DNA from: an uncultured Thermomicrobiales bacterium | Lineage (GTDB): Bacteria > Chloroflexota > Chloroflexia > Thermomicrobiales > CADCWN01 | Length of the DNA stretch: 63,090 nt | Assembly (NCBI GenBank): GCA_902806415.1 | Contig: CADCWN010000022.1 | Location: forward strand, 1-63,090 | Direction: 5' to 3' | Part shown: positions 47,327 through 56,568 of the stretch, piece by piece | Layout of the letters: each line of letters opens with the position of its first letter | Numbering within the stretch: the stretch's first letter is position 1 | Made by a program: the position numbers and the translations under genes | Notes under the pieces: model-generated | What the model saw: only the letters and a program-made list of their open reading frames with translations | Told to the model about the DNA's origin: nothing | Databases searched by the model: none

Positions 47327-48427
47327 GTGTCGCGCCCGCGCCCGACCGTCATCGCGCTCTTCCTCCTCTGCACGCTCCTGCTCGCCGCCTGTGGTGGTGC
47401 CGCGCCGACCGTTGGCCCCACACCCGTCGCCTCGACTACCGGGACAAGCGCGCCGACGGTCGGGGCGGCGACCGCGCGTCCCGCCACCGCCATCGTCAGT
47501 GGCACTGCCACCCGCGGCGGCGTGGCGACCGCGACCCGCAGTGGCGCGGCCACGGCGGCTTCTGGCTCGACCGTCGCGCCGAAGTCGCAACTGCCCGTGA
47601 CGGTGAAGGACAAAGACGGGCGCTCGGTCACGATCACCGACGTGAGCCGCACCATCGCGCTGACCGGCGATATGGCGGAGATCATCTGGGCGCTCGGGAT
47701 GAGTGGCAGCGTCATCGCCACCGATACGAGCGTGACCTATCCCCCCGAGGCGCAGGCCGCCCCGAAGATCGGCTATATGCGCACCTTGGCGGCCGAAGGG
47801 ATCCTGGCGCAGAAGCCGACGCTGCTGATCGGTGGCGAGAGCGCCGGGCCACCGGCGGTCCTTGAGCAGTTGCGCGGTGCGGGGATCCCGGTCGTGATCG
47901 TCGCCAGCCCCACGACCCTCGACGCCCCCGCGCAGAAGATCCGCGCGGTCGCCGCCGCGATGGGCGTCCCCGCCGAGGGCGAGCGTCTGGCGGGCAAGAC
48001 GCAGGCCGAGATCGACGCCGCGCGCGCCCGGGCGGCGAAGGCGACGACGAAGCCGCGCGTGATGTTCCTCAACGTGCGCGGCAATCAGGTGCAGCAGATC
48101 AGCGGCAAGGGCGCGCCGGCGCAGTCGATCATCGAGGCGGCGGGCGGGATCGACGCCGGCACCGAGGCAGGGGTGACCGGCTATAAGTCGATCACCCCCG
48201 AGGCACTGGTCACCGGCCAGCCGGACTTCTATCTCCTCTTCACCCTCGGCCTGAACTCGGTTGGCGGGGTCGATGGCCTGCTGAAGATTCCCGGCGTCGA
48301 TCAGACCCCCGCCGGGCAGGGGCGGCGCGTGCTGAACTACGAGGACCAGTATCTCCTGGGCCTCGGGCCGCGCACCGGGCAGATGCTGAATGAACTGGTC
48401 TTGGCGCTGCACCCGGAGTTGCGCTAA
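47327..48427 (+). CDS. Heme/porphyrin ABC transporter substrate-binding lipoprotein (HmuT-like)
   Basis: Lipobox LAAC; D.S..YP, IGYMR.LAAEGIL, GPR motifs. Confidence 0.85.
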   Translation: MSRPRPTVIALFLLCTLLLAACGGAAPTVGPTPVASTTGTSAPTVGAATARPATAIVSGTATRGGVATATRSGAATAASGSTVAPKSQLPVTVKDKDGRSVTITDVSRTIALTGDMAEIIWALGMSGSVIATDTSVTYPPEAQAAPKIGYMRTLAAEGILAQKPTLLIGGESAGPPAVLEQLRGAGIPVVIVASPTTLDAPAQKIRAVAAAMGVPAEGERLAGKTQAEIDAARARAAKATTKPRVMFLNVRGNQVQQISGKGAPAQSIIEAAGGIDAGTEAGVTGYKSITPEALVTGQPDFYLLFTLGLNSVGGVDGLLKIPGVDQTPAGQGRRVLNYEDQYLLGLGPRTGQMLNELVLALHPELR

Positions 48428-48500
48428 CGCCCATCCGGCGACGACCGCCTTGGTCGCCGCCTCGCGCCGACTCGGGCTGTCGGACTGGTGGAGGTATTGC

Positions 48501-49604
48501 ATGGCGGCGGTCAACGTTGGCGGGCGCGCATTCGAGCCGACGCGCGCCCGCTGGAGTCGTGTCTGGGGTGGCGTGGGGAGCCGGGCGGCGCTGCTGTTGC
48601 CGACGCTGACCCTCCTGCTCGTGGCGGCGGCGCTGTTCAGCGTGGGGCGCGGGGCGGTGGCGATCAGCCCGGCGCAAGTGCTCGCCATCCTGCTCGGCAA
48701 GGTGGGGATCGCGACCGACACGGCCTACACGGCCCAGCAGGCGGCGGTCCTCTGGAATATCCGCCTGCCGCGCGTCCTGCTCGGGATGCTAGTCGGCGGA
48801 GGGCTGGCGATCTCCGGCGCGGCGCTCCAGGGGATTTTCCGCAATCCGCTGACGGACCCCGGACTGATCGGCGTCTCCAGCGGCGCGGCGCTCGGCGCGG
48901 TCGGCGCGATCATCCTCGGTATCACCGCGTTCGGCGCGTTCGTGATGCCACTCGCGGCGTTCATCGGCGGCCTGCTCGCGACGCTGCTCGTCTACGGTCT
49001 CGCGCGCCACGGCGGGCGGGCGGAGGTGGTGACGCTGCTGCTGACCGGGATCGCGGTCAATGCGATCTGCGGGGCCGCGGTCGGTTTCCTGATCTTCCTG
49101 GCCTCCGACGCCCAGTTGCGCTCGATCGTCTTCTGGTCGTTCGGCAGTCTCGGCGGCGCGACCTGGAGCGCGACGCTCGCCGTCGCGCCGCTGATCATCG
49201 TCGGCACCATGCTCCTGCCGCGCTGGGGGCGGGCGTTGAACCTGCTATCACTCGGTGAGCGCGAGGCGCGACATCTCGGCGTGGAGACCGAGCGCGTGCG
49301 CCTCGCCCTGATCGTCCTGACCGCGCTGATCACCGGCGCGGCGGTCGCGGTCTGCGGCACGATCGGTTTCGTCGGGCTGGTCGTCCCGCACCTGTTGCGG
49401 CTGATCGCCGGGCCGGATCACCGCACGCTGCTGCCCGCGAGCGCGATCGGCGGCGCGGCGCTGCTGACGCTGGCGGACCTCTTCGCGCGCACGGTCGCCG
49501 CGCCGGTAGAAATCCCGCTCGGGGTGATCACGGCGTTGGCCGGTGGTCCGTTCTTCCTCTGGCTCCTCTGCCGCACGCGGCGCGCACACGGCGGATGGGG
49601 ATAG
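48501..49604 (+). CDS. FecCD-family ABC permease (HmuU-like)
   Basis: RLPR, FRNPL.DP, GFVGLVVPH, EIPLG motifs. Confidence 0.92.
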   Translation: MAAVNVGGRAFEPTRARWSRVWGGVGSRAALLLPTLTLLLVAAALFSVGRGAVAISPAQVLAILLGKVGIATDTAYTAQQAAVLWNIRLPRVLLGMLVGGGLAISGAALQGIFRNPLTDPGLIGVSSGAALGAVGAIILGITAFGAFVMPLAAFIGGLLATLLVYGLARHGGRAEVVTLLLTGIAVNAICGAAVGFLIFLASDAQLRSIVFWSFGSLGGATWSATLAVAPLIIVGTMLLPRWGRALNLLSLGEREARHLGVETERVRLALIVLTALITGAAVAVCGTIGFVGLVVPHLLRLIAGPDHRTLLPASAIGGAALLTLADLFARTVAAPVEIPLGVITALAGGPFFLWLLCRTRRAHGGWG

Positions 49605-49694
49605 TGACGAGTGACGAGTGGCGAGTAGAGGGCGCTGAAGACAAGTGATCTTAAAAGGTCTTCCGCCAAACCTATTCGTCACTCGTCACTCGTC
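49603..49694. repeat. Inverted heptamer-array hairpin (AGTGACG/CGTCACT)
   Basis: Between the permease stop and the GGAGG SD of the ATPase. Confidence 0.85.
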
Positions 49695-49709
49695 TTTGGA
49701 GGCTTGTAA

Positions 49710-50519
49710 GTGGGTTTGGTCGCGCGCGGGGTTGGCGTCAGGGTGGGCGAGCGGGCGTTGCTGGATGGGGTCAGCCTCGCGATCGCGCCCGGCGAGGTGG
49801 TGGCGCTGGCCGGGCCGAACGGGGCGGGGAAATCGACCTTGCTGCGCGTGCTGGCCGGTGATCTGGTGCCGTCCAGCGGCGAGGTGCTGCTGGACGGGCG
49901 AGCACTGTCGCGCTTCCGGGCGCGCGACCTGGCGCTGCGTCGGGCGGTCCTGCCGCAGCAGACGATCATGCAGTTCGCCTTCGCCGCGCGGGAGGTGGTG
50001 GCGATGGGGCGACACCCACACACCGGGCGCCGGGGTGAACTCGATCACGACGAGGCGATCATCGCCGCCGCGATGCTCAGAACCGAGACCGCCGACTTGG
50101 CCGATCGCGCCTATCCCTCGCTCTCGGGTGGCGAGCAGAGCCGCGTCTCGCTGGCGCGCGTGCTGGCGCAGGAGGCCCCGATCCTCCTCCTCGACGAGCC
50201 GACCGCTGCGCTCGACCTCCGCCATCAGCAGACGGTGCTGGCGACCGCGCGCGAGTTGGCGAGCGGCGGTGCGGCGGTGCTGGTGGTCCTCCACGATCTC
50301 AATCTCGCCGCCGCCTATGCCGACAGGGTCGCGCTCCTCTCGACGAGTCGCCTGGCGGCGATCGGGCGACCGTGGGAGGTGCTGACCGCCGAGACCCTCT
50401 CGGCGATCTTCGAGCACCCGATCATCACCGTGCCGCACCCGGCGCGCGACTGCCCCCTGGTCATCCCGCTGCCGCGCGAGGCGGCGGTGGCGGCACCGCT
50501 ACAGGAGCGCGCGGGCTGA
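49710..50519 (+). CDS. Heme ABC transporter ATP-binding protein (HmuV-like)
   Basis: GPNGAGKST, RAVLPQ, LSGGE..RV.LARVLAQ, LDEPT, HDLN motifs. Confidence 0.92.
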   Translation: MGLVARGVGVRVGERALLDGVSLAIAPGEVVALAGPNGAGKSTLLRVLAGDLVPSSGEVLLDGRALSRFRARDLALRRAVLPQQTIMQFAFAAREVVAMGRHPHTGRRGELDHDEAIIAAAMLRTETADLADRAYPSLSGGEQSRVSLARVLAQEAPILLLDEPTAALDLRHQQTVLATARELASGGAAVLVVLHDLNLAAAYADRVALLSTSRLAAIGRPWEVLTAETLSAIFEHPIITVPHPARDCPLVIPLPREAAVAAPLQERAG

Positions 50520-50562
50520 TCCCGCCCGCGCATCGTCGCCGGACCGTAACCGCCGCCCCGGA

Positions 50563-50883
50563 TCAGCGTTGATCGGTCGGTGATGGCGCGATCGTCTCGG
50601 CCTCCTGTTGTTCGCCCTTCGCCGCCCAGTCGGTGAGCACGCCGAGGAGCCCGGCAACAAGCGCGCCGAGCGCGCCGAGCACGAGCGCCGTCCGTAGCGG
50701 CTCGACAGGCGGGATGGGGAGGGAAGCCGGATGCGGGAGCGCCCCGCTGCTCATCAACCAGCCGGAGATACCACCGATGATCCCGCCGAGCAAGGCGAGT
50801 GGCCCGGCCTGGCTGCCGGTGAATTCCGCCCCGCTGACACCTTCATCGCGCGCTCGTTGCCCTCTCCAGCCCCATTTCACCAC
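50563..50883 (-). CDS. Small two-TM hypothetical protein
   Basis: Two hydrophobic segments; start uncertain. Confidence 0.55.
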   Translation of the reverse strand: MVKWGWRGQRARDEGVSGAEFTGSQAGPLALLGGIIGGISGWLMSSGALPHPASLPIPPVEPLRTALVLGALGALVAGLLGVLTDWAAKGEQQEAETIAPSPTDQR

Positions 50884-51019
50884 TCTATACCCCCGGTCGC
50901 CATCCTAATATCGCCCGTATCGCGTACAATTTGGCATACCCCCCTATACGGGAGCAAATGTCGCGCCTCGGCGTATGACCATGCCGCCCGCAAAGTCGAG
51001 TCCGCAGGGAGAAGGATAG

Positions 51020-53158
51020 GTGATCGGACGGATGCGCGTACGCAATACCCCTTTCCGGCGGCCTGTGGCGTTACACGGCATCGCCCGCGCGGCACGTCGC
51101 CGGCGCTGGCTCCTCGCGCTGCTGCTGGCCGCCTGGAGTCTGGTCGTCGGCCTGCCCGCCTTGCCGCCCGCGCGCGTGGCGGCGGCGGGCAAGGCGCGAT
51201 CCGCCGAACTTGTTGTCTTGCCCCGCTCGGCGGCGCAGGCTACATCGGTCGCGCGGGGGTTGTCGACCAGGCATGGCGACGAGGTGCAGACCGGGGCGGT
51301 CGGACTTTCCGGTCGCGTGCTGCTGGTCCGGGTGCCGCCCGGTCGCGAGGATGAGTACAAGGCGCAGTTGGCCGCCGACCCGAACATCGCGGCGGTCGCC
51401 CGTAATCACGAGGTGCGCGCCGAGGCCGCGCCGCTGACGCCGAACGACCCGCATTTCTCCCAGCAGTGGGGCTTGACGATGATCCGCGCGCCGGAAGCCT
51501 GGGGTGACGGCGCACGCGCGGATGGCGTCACGGTCGCCGTGATCGATTCCGGTGCCGACTACGGCCATCCCGATCTGACGGGCGTCCTCCTGCCGGGTTG
51601 CACCTTCGTGGTCACGCCGTCGTCGTGCGGGCCGACGGCGGCGGCGGACGATAACGGGCATGGCACCCATGTCGCCGGGACGATCGCCGCGCTCGCTGAC
51701 AATGGGATCGGCGTGGCCGGGCTCGCCCGGGGGGCGTCGATCCTCCCCTTGAAGGCGCTCGACTCGGGTGGCACCGGTAATTGGTTCGCGATCGCCGATG
51801 CGATCGGCTATGCCAGCAATCAGCCGGGCGTTCGTGTGATCAATATGAGCCTCGGTAGCGATCCCGGCTTCCCTCCCGACGCCAGCGACCGCGCCCTCTT
51901 ACAGACGATGATCGACGGCGCGCGGGCCAAGGGGATCGTCGTCGTCGTCGCGTCCGGTAATGCGGGCGCGAACCTCGACCTGACGCCGGTCTACCCGGCC
52001 TCGCTGGCCGACGTGGTCGCGGTGACCGCCGTGGCGCAGGACGGCTCGAAGCCGGGGTGGGCGAACTACGGTTCGGCAGTCGCCGTCGCCGCGCCGGGGG
52101 CCGGAATCCTCTCCACCCTCTGCGCGTACAGCTTCTCCGCGAAGAGTTGTAATCACACGTATGGCCTGAAGAGCGGCACGTCGATGGCCTCGCCCCACGT
52201 CGCCGCCCTCGCCGCGCTGCTGCTGGCGCGCACGCCGACACTGACGCCCGATGGCGTCGCGGCGACGTTGCGCGCGACCGCGACTGATCTCGGCCCCGTC
52301 GGGACCGACACGACCTTCGGTGCCGGGCGGATCGATGTCGCCGCCGCGCTCGCCGGGCGCTCCCTCACGCTGACGAGCAGCGGGCCTGGTGCGATCGCGA
52401 CCGACCCGGCGGCGAGTTCAGTCGGGCCGGGGACGACCGTGACGCTCACGGCAATAGCGAATCCGGATGCCCTCTTCACCGGCTGGTCGGTTGACGGGGT
52501 GTTCAGCGGTTGGGCCTCGTCGCTGACCCTGCGGATGGACACCAGCCACGTCGTCAGCGCGACCTTCGCCCCCCGCGTCTCGTTCGCCGATCTCGCCAAC
52601 AGCCCGAGTGGTGAGGCGGTCGTCCAACTCGCCTCGCGTGAGATCGTGCGCGGCTATGAGGACGGCACCTATGGCCCGAGTGACATCGTCCTCCGCGCCC
52701 AGGTGGCCGGGCTGTTGGTGCGCGCGATGGACTGGGAGGGCGAGGCACACCCCGCGACATTCAGTGATCAGGGCACGGTAGACGATGGGCTCTGGGCGGC
52801 GGTCGGCACGCTGGCCCACTATCAGGTCGCGAAAGGCTATGGTGACGGCACCTATCATCCGATCGGTGAGCTGCTCCATATCCAGGCGATCAGCGTGATC
52901 ACCCGCGCGATGGTCGCGCGCGGGTATTGGGCCGAGGCGACCGTCGATGACGGTATCATCTACCCGAACGTGCCAGCCTCGTCCGGCCATCGCCCCGATC
53001 TTGTCACCTTCGTCCAGAACGCCGGTGCGGTCCCCGATCGCCCGACCGCCAATCGTGCGAATTGGGACGATTGGAACACCCCCGCCAGCCGCGGCTGGTT
53101 CGCCCTGCTGCTCTGGCAAGCGCTTGATGCCACATTCGGCACCAATACCGGGCCGTAG
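51020..53158 (+). CDS. Secreted S8 subtilisin-like protease with B-repeat and SLH-like domains
   Basis: Catalytic triad IDSG / HGTHVAG / GTSMASPH; FTGW repeat; GIV.GY.DGTY.P-like SLH motifs. Confidence 0.92.
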   Translation: MIGRMRVRNTPFRRPVALHGIARAARRRRWLLALLLAAWSLVVGLPALPPARVAAAGKARSAELVVLPRSAAQATSVARGLSTRHGDEVQTGAVGLSGRVLLVRVPPGREDEYKAQLAADPNIAAVARNHEVRAEAAPLTPNDPHFSQQWGLTMIRAPEAWGDGARADGVTVAVIDSGADYGHPDLTGVLLPGCTFVVTPSSCGPTAAADDNGHGTHVAGTIAALADNGIGVAGLARGASILPLKALDSGGTGNWFAIADAIGYASNQPGVRVINMSLGSDPGFPPDASDRALLQTMIDGARAKGIVVVVASGNAGANLDLTPVYPASLADVVAVTAVAQDGSKPGWANYGSAVAVAAPGAGILSTLCAYSFSAKSCNHTYGLKSGTSMASPHVAALAALLLARTPTLTPDGVAATLRATATDLGPVGTDTTFGAGRIDVAAALAGRSLTLTSSGPGAIATDPAASSVGPGTTVTLTAIANPDALFTGWSVDGVFSGWASSLTLRMDTSHVVSATFAPRVSFADLANSPSGEAVVQLASREIVRGYEDGTYGPSDIVLRAQVAGLLVRAMDWEGEAHPATFSDQGTVDDGLWAAVGTLAHYQVAKGYGDGTYHPIGELLHIQAISVITRAMVARGYWAEATVDDGIIYPNVPASSGHRPDLVTFVQNAGAVPDRPTANRANWDDWNTPASRGWFALLLWQALDATFGTNTGP

Positions 53159-53189
53159 GCGCTGCGCTGCCGCCTTGCACACGGTCCGC

Positions 53190-54053
53190 TCACCACAGGG
53201 GCCAGCGGTAATAGTTGTAGGCCAGCACCTCGCGGAAGCCGACCGAGCGGTAGAGCGAGAGGGCGTTGCTGTTGTTCGTGACGACATCGAGCGCGAACTC
53301 GCGCCAGCCTTCGTTCCACAGCCGGGCGATCGTCGCGGCCAGGAGGGCGCGCCCGACGCCGCGCCCGCGCTCCTCCGGCAAGACCCCGAACGAGCGGAGG
53401 TAGACCCCCTCGTCCTCGATGAGGGCGCTGAGCCGCCCGATCGGCCTGCCGTCGCGCTCGGCCAGATAGGCGCGCGCGCCGCCGCCCCGCAGTTCGCCCT
53501 CGCCGAGTCGCCGGGCCTCATCCTCAAGAATATCGAACGAGAGAGCCGCGATTCGGATCAGGAACGGCAGATCGGATAGTGTGGCCTGGCGAAACTGGAG
53601 CAAGCTGTCGGGGACCGACGGCGGCACGATAGCGGCCCATTCCAGATGATACTCCGAGAAGTCGAGCGGGTGGCCGAGCGCCGCCGCGAATGCTCGACCG
53701 GTCGCCGAGGTGCGCACATTCACCAGTAGCAATTCGGTGCAGCCCGATGGTTGCGCCGCGCGATGGGCGGCGGCGGTGACCGCGCGCCCGATACCCCGCC
53801 GCCGGAAGTCCGGGTGGACGAGCGCTGTCACCTCGCCCGAGGGACCGAAGCGATCGAGCGGCGCGTAGCCCGCGAGTTGTCCACTCTCGTACCAGCAGAA
53901 GTCACTCACCTGCCCCGATTGGCGTCCGGCCATCATTCGCCAGTTCAGCTTGACGCCGTGCCCATCGTGCGCCTCGCAAACCGCCGCCAACTCTCTGACT
54001 GCGGGGAGCTCCGTGTCGGAGAGCGATTCTTTCGCGATGAGACCCTGCTGCAA
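53190..54053 (-). CDS. Tandem GNAT acetyltransferase
   Basis: VHPDFRRRGIG and VLPEERGRGVG, N..A..LY..VGF; TTG start with GGGAG SD. Confidence 0.88.
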   Translation of the reverse strand: MQQGLIAKESLSDTELPAVRELAAVCEAHDGHGVKLNWRMMAGRQSGQVSDFCWYESGQLAGYAPLDRFGPSGEVTALVHPDFRRRGIGRAVTAAAHRAAQPSGCTELLLVNVRTSATGRAFAAALGHPLDFSEYHLEWAAIVPPSVPDSLLQFRQATLSDLPFLIRIAALSFDILEDEARRLGEGELRGGGARAYLAERDGRPIGRLSALIEDEGVYLRSFGVLPEERGRGVGRALLAATIARLWNEGWREFALDVVTNNSNALSLYRSVGFREVLAYNYYRWPLW

Positions 54054-54055
54054 CC

Positions 54056-56512
54056 TTATACTCCCGTCTGCCGCCCCGGTCCCGTCCGCCGAAAGGGACG
54101 TTTCCCGCGCCGACCGAGCGTTATTGCCAGCAACCCGATGATCGTCAGGCCGGTCAGGATGAGTCCGATGAAGAATGAGCGCGGCGCGTAGGTCAGGCGC
54201 ACCTTGTGCGACCCCGCCGGGACCACCACCCCCCGCGCGAGGGCGTTGGCGCGGAGGACCGGCGTCGCGCGCCCGTCGACCGTCGCGGTCCAGCCGGGAG
54301 CCCAGGAGTGGTTCAGGATTAAGAGCCCCGCGCAGGCGCTCGTGGTGCGAATCGTGACGGTGTTGGCCGACTGCACCGCGATCGGTTGGGCGGTGCGGTT
54401 CGCGCCCTCGCAGCGCCCCCCTGCGGGCAGGCCCAGCGCTGCGCCGTTTGGCCCTTGCACCACTTCGACGTCGTCGGGTTGCCGATCGGTGACGCGCGCC
54501 AGCGCCGCGCGCTCGTCGGGGATCGATTCGACCGCATAACCGAGATAGGCGACTGGGCGGGCGTCGGGTAGCCGGTAGGTCCAGCCGCCGTCGTCGCGGT
54601 AGATCGGCTCGACGCGCAGGGTCGGCCAGTTGGCGGCGAGCCACTCCGGCGTGACATCCGGCACCGCCGCGATCAGGTTGACGCCGAGCGTCGGCAGCAG
54701 ATCAGAGCGGACACGGCGCGGGTAATAGTTCAGTACGATCGCATCCTCGACCGGGTGATTGAGCACGTAATCGATCTCTTCGCCGCGCACGACCCGCCAG
54801 AAGTCGGCCTCGTGCGCCGGGAGCAGGCTCTCGTAGCCGCCGACCGTCCGCAGCCCGAGGCTCTGGGGGACCGAGCCCGCGAACATCGGCGGCGCCCAGC
54901 TCTCCGGGCCGTTGATCGTGCGGAGCATCGCGATCCGCGCGTCCGGCCCCTCGGCCAACAGGCGTTCGATAAGCGGGGTGTGCGGGTAGAGTGCCGCCGT
55001 CGTGCGCGGCTGGAACGGCGGGTTGATCGCGCGCCCGTAGCCGATCAACTGCGTCGCCGTGAGGAGCGTGATCAGGATGCCAAGCCCCGCGATCGGGCGC
55101 CGCAGGGTCGGCCAGCGCCCGATCAGCAGCCGCGCCAGCATGTCGTAGCCGAGCGCGCCGCCGATCGCCAGGGCCAGCGCCCAGACGAAGAGCATCCGTC
55201 CCAGGGGGCGGAAATAGGCGAGGCCGGGGACAAACTGGGTGCCGAGCCAGGTCAGGGGCGTGCCGACGACGTAGAGGGCCAGGGTGAGCGCCGCGAGGAG
55301 CCACCAGCGCCCCTCGCGGCGCGCGAGGGCGAACGGCGCGAGGGCGAGCGGCAGCCAGCCGACGAACCAGAGACCGTTGTTGAGGGTGCGGTCGGTCGCG
55401 ATCAGGTCGGGGAGGACGATCGCGCGCAGATCGCCGGGTCCGACACGCCAGAGGCGCAGGTAGCGCGCGTAGTCGGGCGGGACGCGCGCCCCCTGCCCGG
55501 CCAGTTCCAGCGTCGGCAGGAGTTGCACCGCGCTGATCCCCAGTCCGACGAGCGCGGTCAGCAATGGCAGGCCGAGCAGCGCGAGGATCGCGCGGGATCG
55601 TCCGTGCCGTGCGCCGCGCGTGGTCCGCCACCCCTCCCATAGCAGGAGGCTGCCGAAGTACGCCCCGACCGTCAGCCAGGCTACCAGGGTCATCAAGATA
55701 TTGCTGCCGAGGATCATCAGGCCAAGGATCGCGCCGAGCCAAGCCGCACGGATCGCCGAGCGGCGACCCGCCGCGTCGCGCGCCAGCAGCAGTGCCAGCG
55801 GCAGCAGGGCGGTGATCGCCGCGATGTGGCCGAGCAGCAACCAGCCCAGCGTGAAGCTATTGAACATCCAGACGGTCGCGCCGAAGGTCGCGGCGATCTG
55901 GCCCACCCCCAGCCGCCGCAGGAAGAGGCGCATCGTCACGCCGCTGATCCAGACGTGCAGGAGCAGGAACAGGTCCTGCGCCCACGACGCCGAGAAGGCG
56001 CGCGTGAGGATCAGGCGCGGCGGGTAGAGGAGGTTCGTCTCGCCGTTGGCGAAGAAGGGGTGGCCGCCGAAGCTGTAAGGGTCCCAGAGGGGCAACTCAC
56101 CCCCGCGCAGCGCCCGCCCGGTGAAGACGATCCAGGGGTAGAACGTATCGGCCTGATCGCTCTGCGGGTACTGACGCGGCAGCGGCTCCCCCGGCTGATG
56201 CCACGGTTCGAGGATCGCCTGGGTGCGCGAGACGGCGGAGAAAGTCTGGCCGCGCAGGACCGGCGCGAAGAAGGCCAGGGTCGCGCAGAGGAGGAGCAGC
56301 GCGGCGAGGCTGTCGGTCCGCCACCCCTGTAGCCAGGGCGCGGCCACCGCCGGACGTGGGGTCGCCGCGTGTGCCGGACCCGTGCCAGGGGAGGGAACGG
56401 CGGGCGTCGCGCGCGGCTCCGGCTCTGGCTGTCGCTGGCTTACCGTCACCCTCCGGCCCCCGACCACGGCGAGCCAACGGCGGCGCGAATACGCCGACAT
56501 CGGCATCGGCAC
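54056..56512 (-). CDS. YfhO-family membrane protein (GT-C fold glycosyltransferase)
   Basis: PLWDPY..GG.PF, AVQLLPT.E, PGW.A.VDG, G.H.V...Y.P motifs; start uncertain. Confidence 0.85.
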   Translation of the reverse strand: MPMPMSAYSRRRWLAVVGGRRVTVSQRQPEPEPRATPAVPSPGTGPAHAATPRPAVAAPWLQGWRTDSLAALLLLCATLAFFAPVLRGQTFSAVSRTQAILEPWHQPGEPLPRQYPQSDQADTFYPWIVFTGRALRGGELPLWDPYSFGGHPFFANGETNLLYPPRLILTRAFSASWAQDLFLLLHVWISGVTMRLFLRRLGVGQIAATFGATVWMFNSFTLGWLLLGHIAAITALLPLALLLARDAAGRRSAIRAAWLGAILGLMILGSNILMTLVAWLTVGAYFGSLLLWEGWRTTRGARHGRSRAILALLGLPLLTALVGLGISAVQLLPTLELAGQGARVPPDYARYLRLWRVGPGDLRAIVLPDLIATDRTLNNGLWFVGWLPLALAPFALARREGRWWLLAALTLALYVVGTPLTWLGTQFVPGLAYFRPLGRMLFVWALALAIGGALGYDMLARLLIGRWPTLRRPIAGLGILITLLTATQLIGYGRAINPPFQPRTTAALYPHTPLIERLLAEGPDARIAMLRTINGPESWAPPMFAGSVPQSLGLRTVGGYESLLPAHEADFWRVVRGEEIDYVLNHPVEDAIVLNYYPRRVRSDLLPTLGVNLIAAVPDVTPEWLAANWPTLRVEPIYRDDGGWTYRLPDARPVAYLGYAVESIPDERAALARVTDRQPDDVEVVQGPNGAALGLPAGGRCEGANRTAQPIAVQSANTVTIRTTSACAGLLILNHSWAPGWTATVDGRATPVLRANALARGVVVPAGSHKVRLTYAPRSFFIGLILTGLTIIGLLAITLGRRGKRPFRRTGPGRQTGV

Positions 56513-56568
56513 CGCTCATTGTTCTCCGTTCTCCGCGACGGAGTGTAACGAACCGTCGCGCGTCGTCG

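Noticed and set aside
56450-56530. Frameshift at the YfhO 5' end (SD-led ATG at 56519 in another frame)
   Set aside because: In-frame alternative starts exist and the N-terminus is low-complexity; cannot be supported without homologs
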